IMG/VR virus record: IMGVR_UViG_3300047548_000085
Span: 1 to 56,858 of that record
Origin: a virus
Taxonomy: Duplodnaviria; Caudoviricetes
DNA: 56,858 nucleotides
Direction: 5' to 3' (one strand)
Made by a program: the position numbers and the translations under genes. The stretch's first letter is position 1, and each line of letters opens with the position of its first letter. The notes under the pieces are model-generated. The model did not search any database. It was not told the DNA's origin and saw only the letters and a list, made by a program, of their open reading frames with translations. Of this stretch, positions 56,257-56,858 are shown piece after piece.

Positions 56257-56858
56257 TATTTGTCCCTGTTCATATTCATAACTGAAGATTCTTTAATCAA
56301 TTGCATATGACACTCGTGTCTTTCTCTGTCAAAATAATGATTAACTGCTGAGATTAGATAATTACCAGAGAAGATTTTATCTTCAATATCAGTTTCTGCT
56401 TTTTTAATTGGCTCAACTCTGTTTAACTTAACGCTTACTTTCTGACCAACAGTATAGTCACAACGTCCTGGAACAGACATTTCTAGGATATTGGCTTCGG
56501 CTAGTTTCATTGTAGATAAACGCTCTTGATTAAACTTAGCGTTGGTGTTATCGCCATATCCAACGTATGTACCAAACATCTTAGGATAACTCATGATAAG
56601 AGAGTTGGCTTTAAACAATGCTTTATCTGAGTTGATTGGGTTTTCGTTTAAGTGTTTCTGTTCTTTGAATCTGTCAAACATGCTATACACTTTAGTGCTG
56701 TATTGTTTAGTTGTTGTGTCGTAACTAATCTGACGAGAACCGAGCATACCATTAGACAGTCTGTCAAGATAATCAAATCCAACTGGAATGCGAATGTCTA
56801 AAATTCTTTTATAGTCTTCCTGAGTATTTCTGATATCAGAAGCATTTGGAACTTTATC
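56256..56858 (-). CDS. baseplate hub protein (gp27-like), 5' end outside the window
   Basis: Frame is open to the window edge; C-terminal VPG....VG..V.......D...SGNYLISAV.H.F....H...M.L.K.S typical of hub proteins preceding gp5. Confidence 0.7.
   Translation of the reverse strand, partial: DKVPNASDIRNTQEDYKRILDIRIPVGFDYLDRLSNGMLGSRQISYDTTTKQYSTKVYSMFDRFKEQKHLNENPINSDKALFKANSLIMSYPKMFGTYVGYGDNTNAKFNQERLSTMKLAEANILEMSVPGRCDYTVGQKVSVKLNRVEPIKKAETDIEDKIFSGNYLISAVNHYFDRERHECHMQLIKESSVMNMNRDK

Noticed and set aside
1-56858. tRNA genes, introns/inteins in gp17, gp20, gp23 or uvsW, and stop-codon reassignment
   Set aside because: Intergenic gaps are short and no cloverleaf was seen; core genes are uninterrupted and of ordinary length under the standard code.

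Overview
A 57-kb segment of a T4-like myovirus genome (cyanophage/pelagiphage-style gene order, not T4 sensu stricto), coded almost entirely on the minus strand. Read in the direction of transcription (right to left): baseplate hub and wedge genes (gp27-like, gp5, gp25, gp6, gp7-like, gp8, a 2159-aa VrlC/DUF4815-like protein), a long tail-fibre/adhesin region with a free-standing GIY-YIG homing endonuclease, neck, terminase, tail and head genes (gp13-15, 17-23), then gp3, uvsY, uvsW, gp55 and an AAA+ ATPase. The main discovery candidate is an ~8.4-kb translationally coupled cluster (29324-37734) inside the tail-fibre region. It encodes four radical SAM proteins (three with SPASM-type Cys tails), a ferritin-like diiron enzyme, a 2OG-Fe(II)/cupin oxygenase, two unknown proteins and a 67-aa peptide ending CECQCACACGRGTL. 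The peptide's 'leader' is a third copy of a helix-HxH-DD repeat present twice in a 128-aa protein of the same cluster. This suggests a RiPP-like system that modifies a virion (fibre-tip) component rather than making a secreted product. Other points of note: gp5 carries GH19-like and CHAP/NlpC-like domains, the fibre genes share modular docking motifs, there is a putative internal-head polyprotein, and gp16 is missing from its usual position. All family calls come from motif recognition and synteny; no database searches were run.
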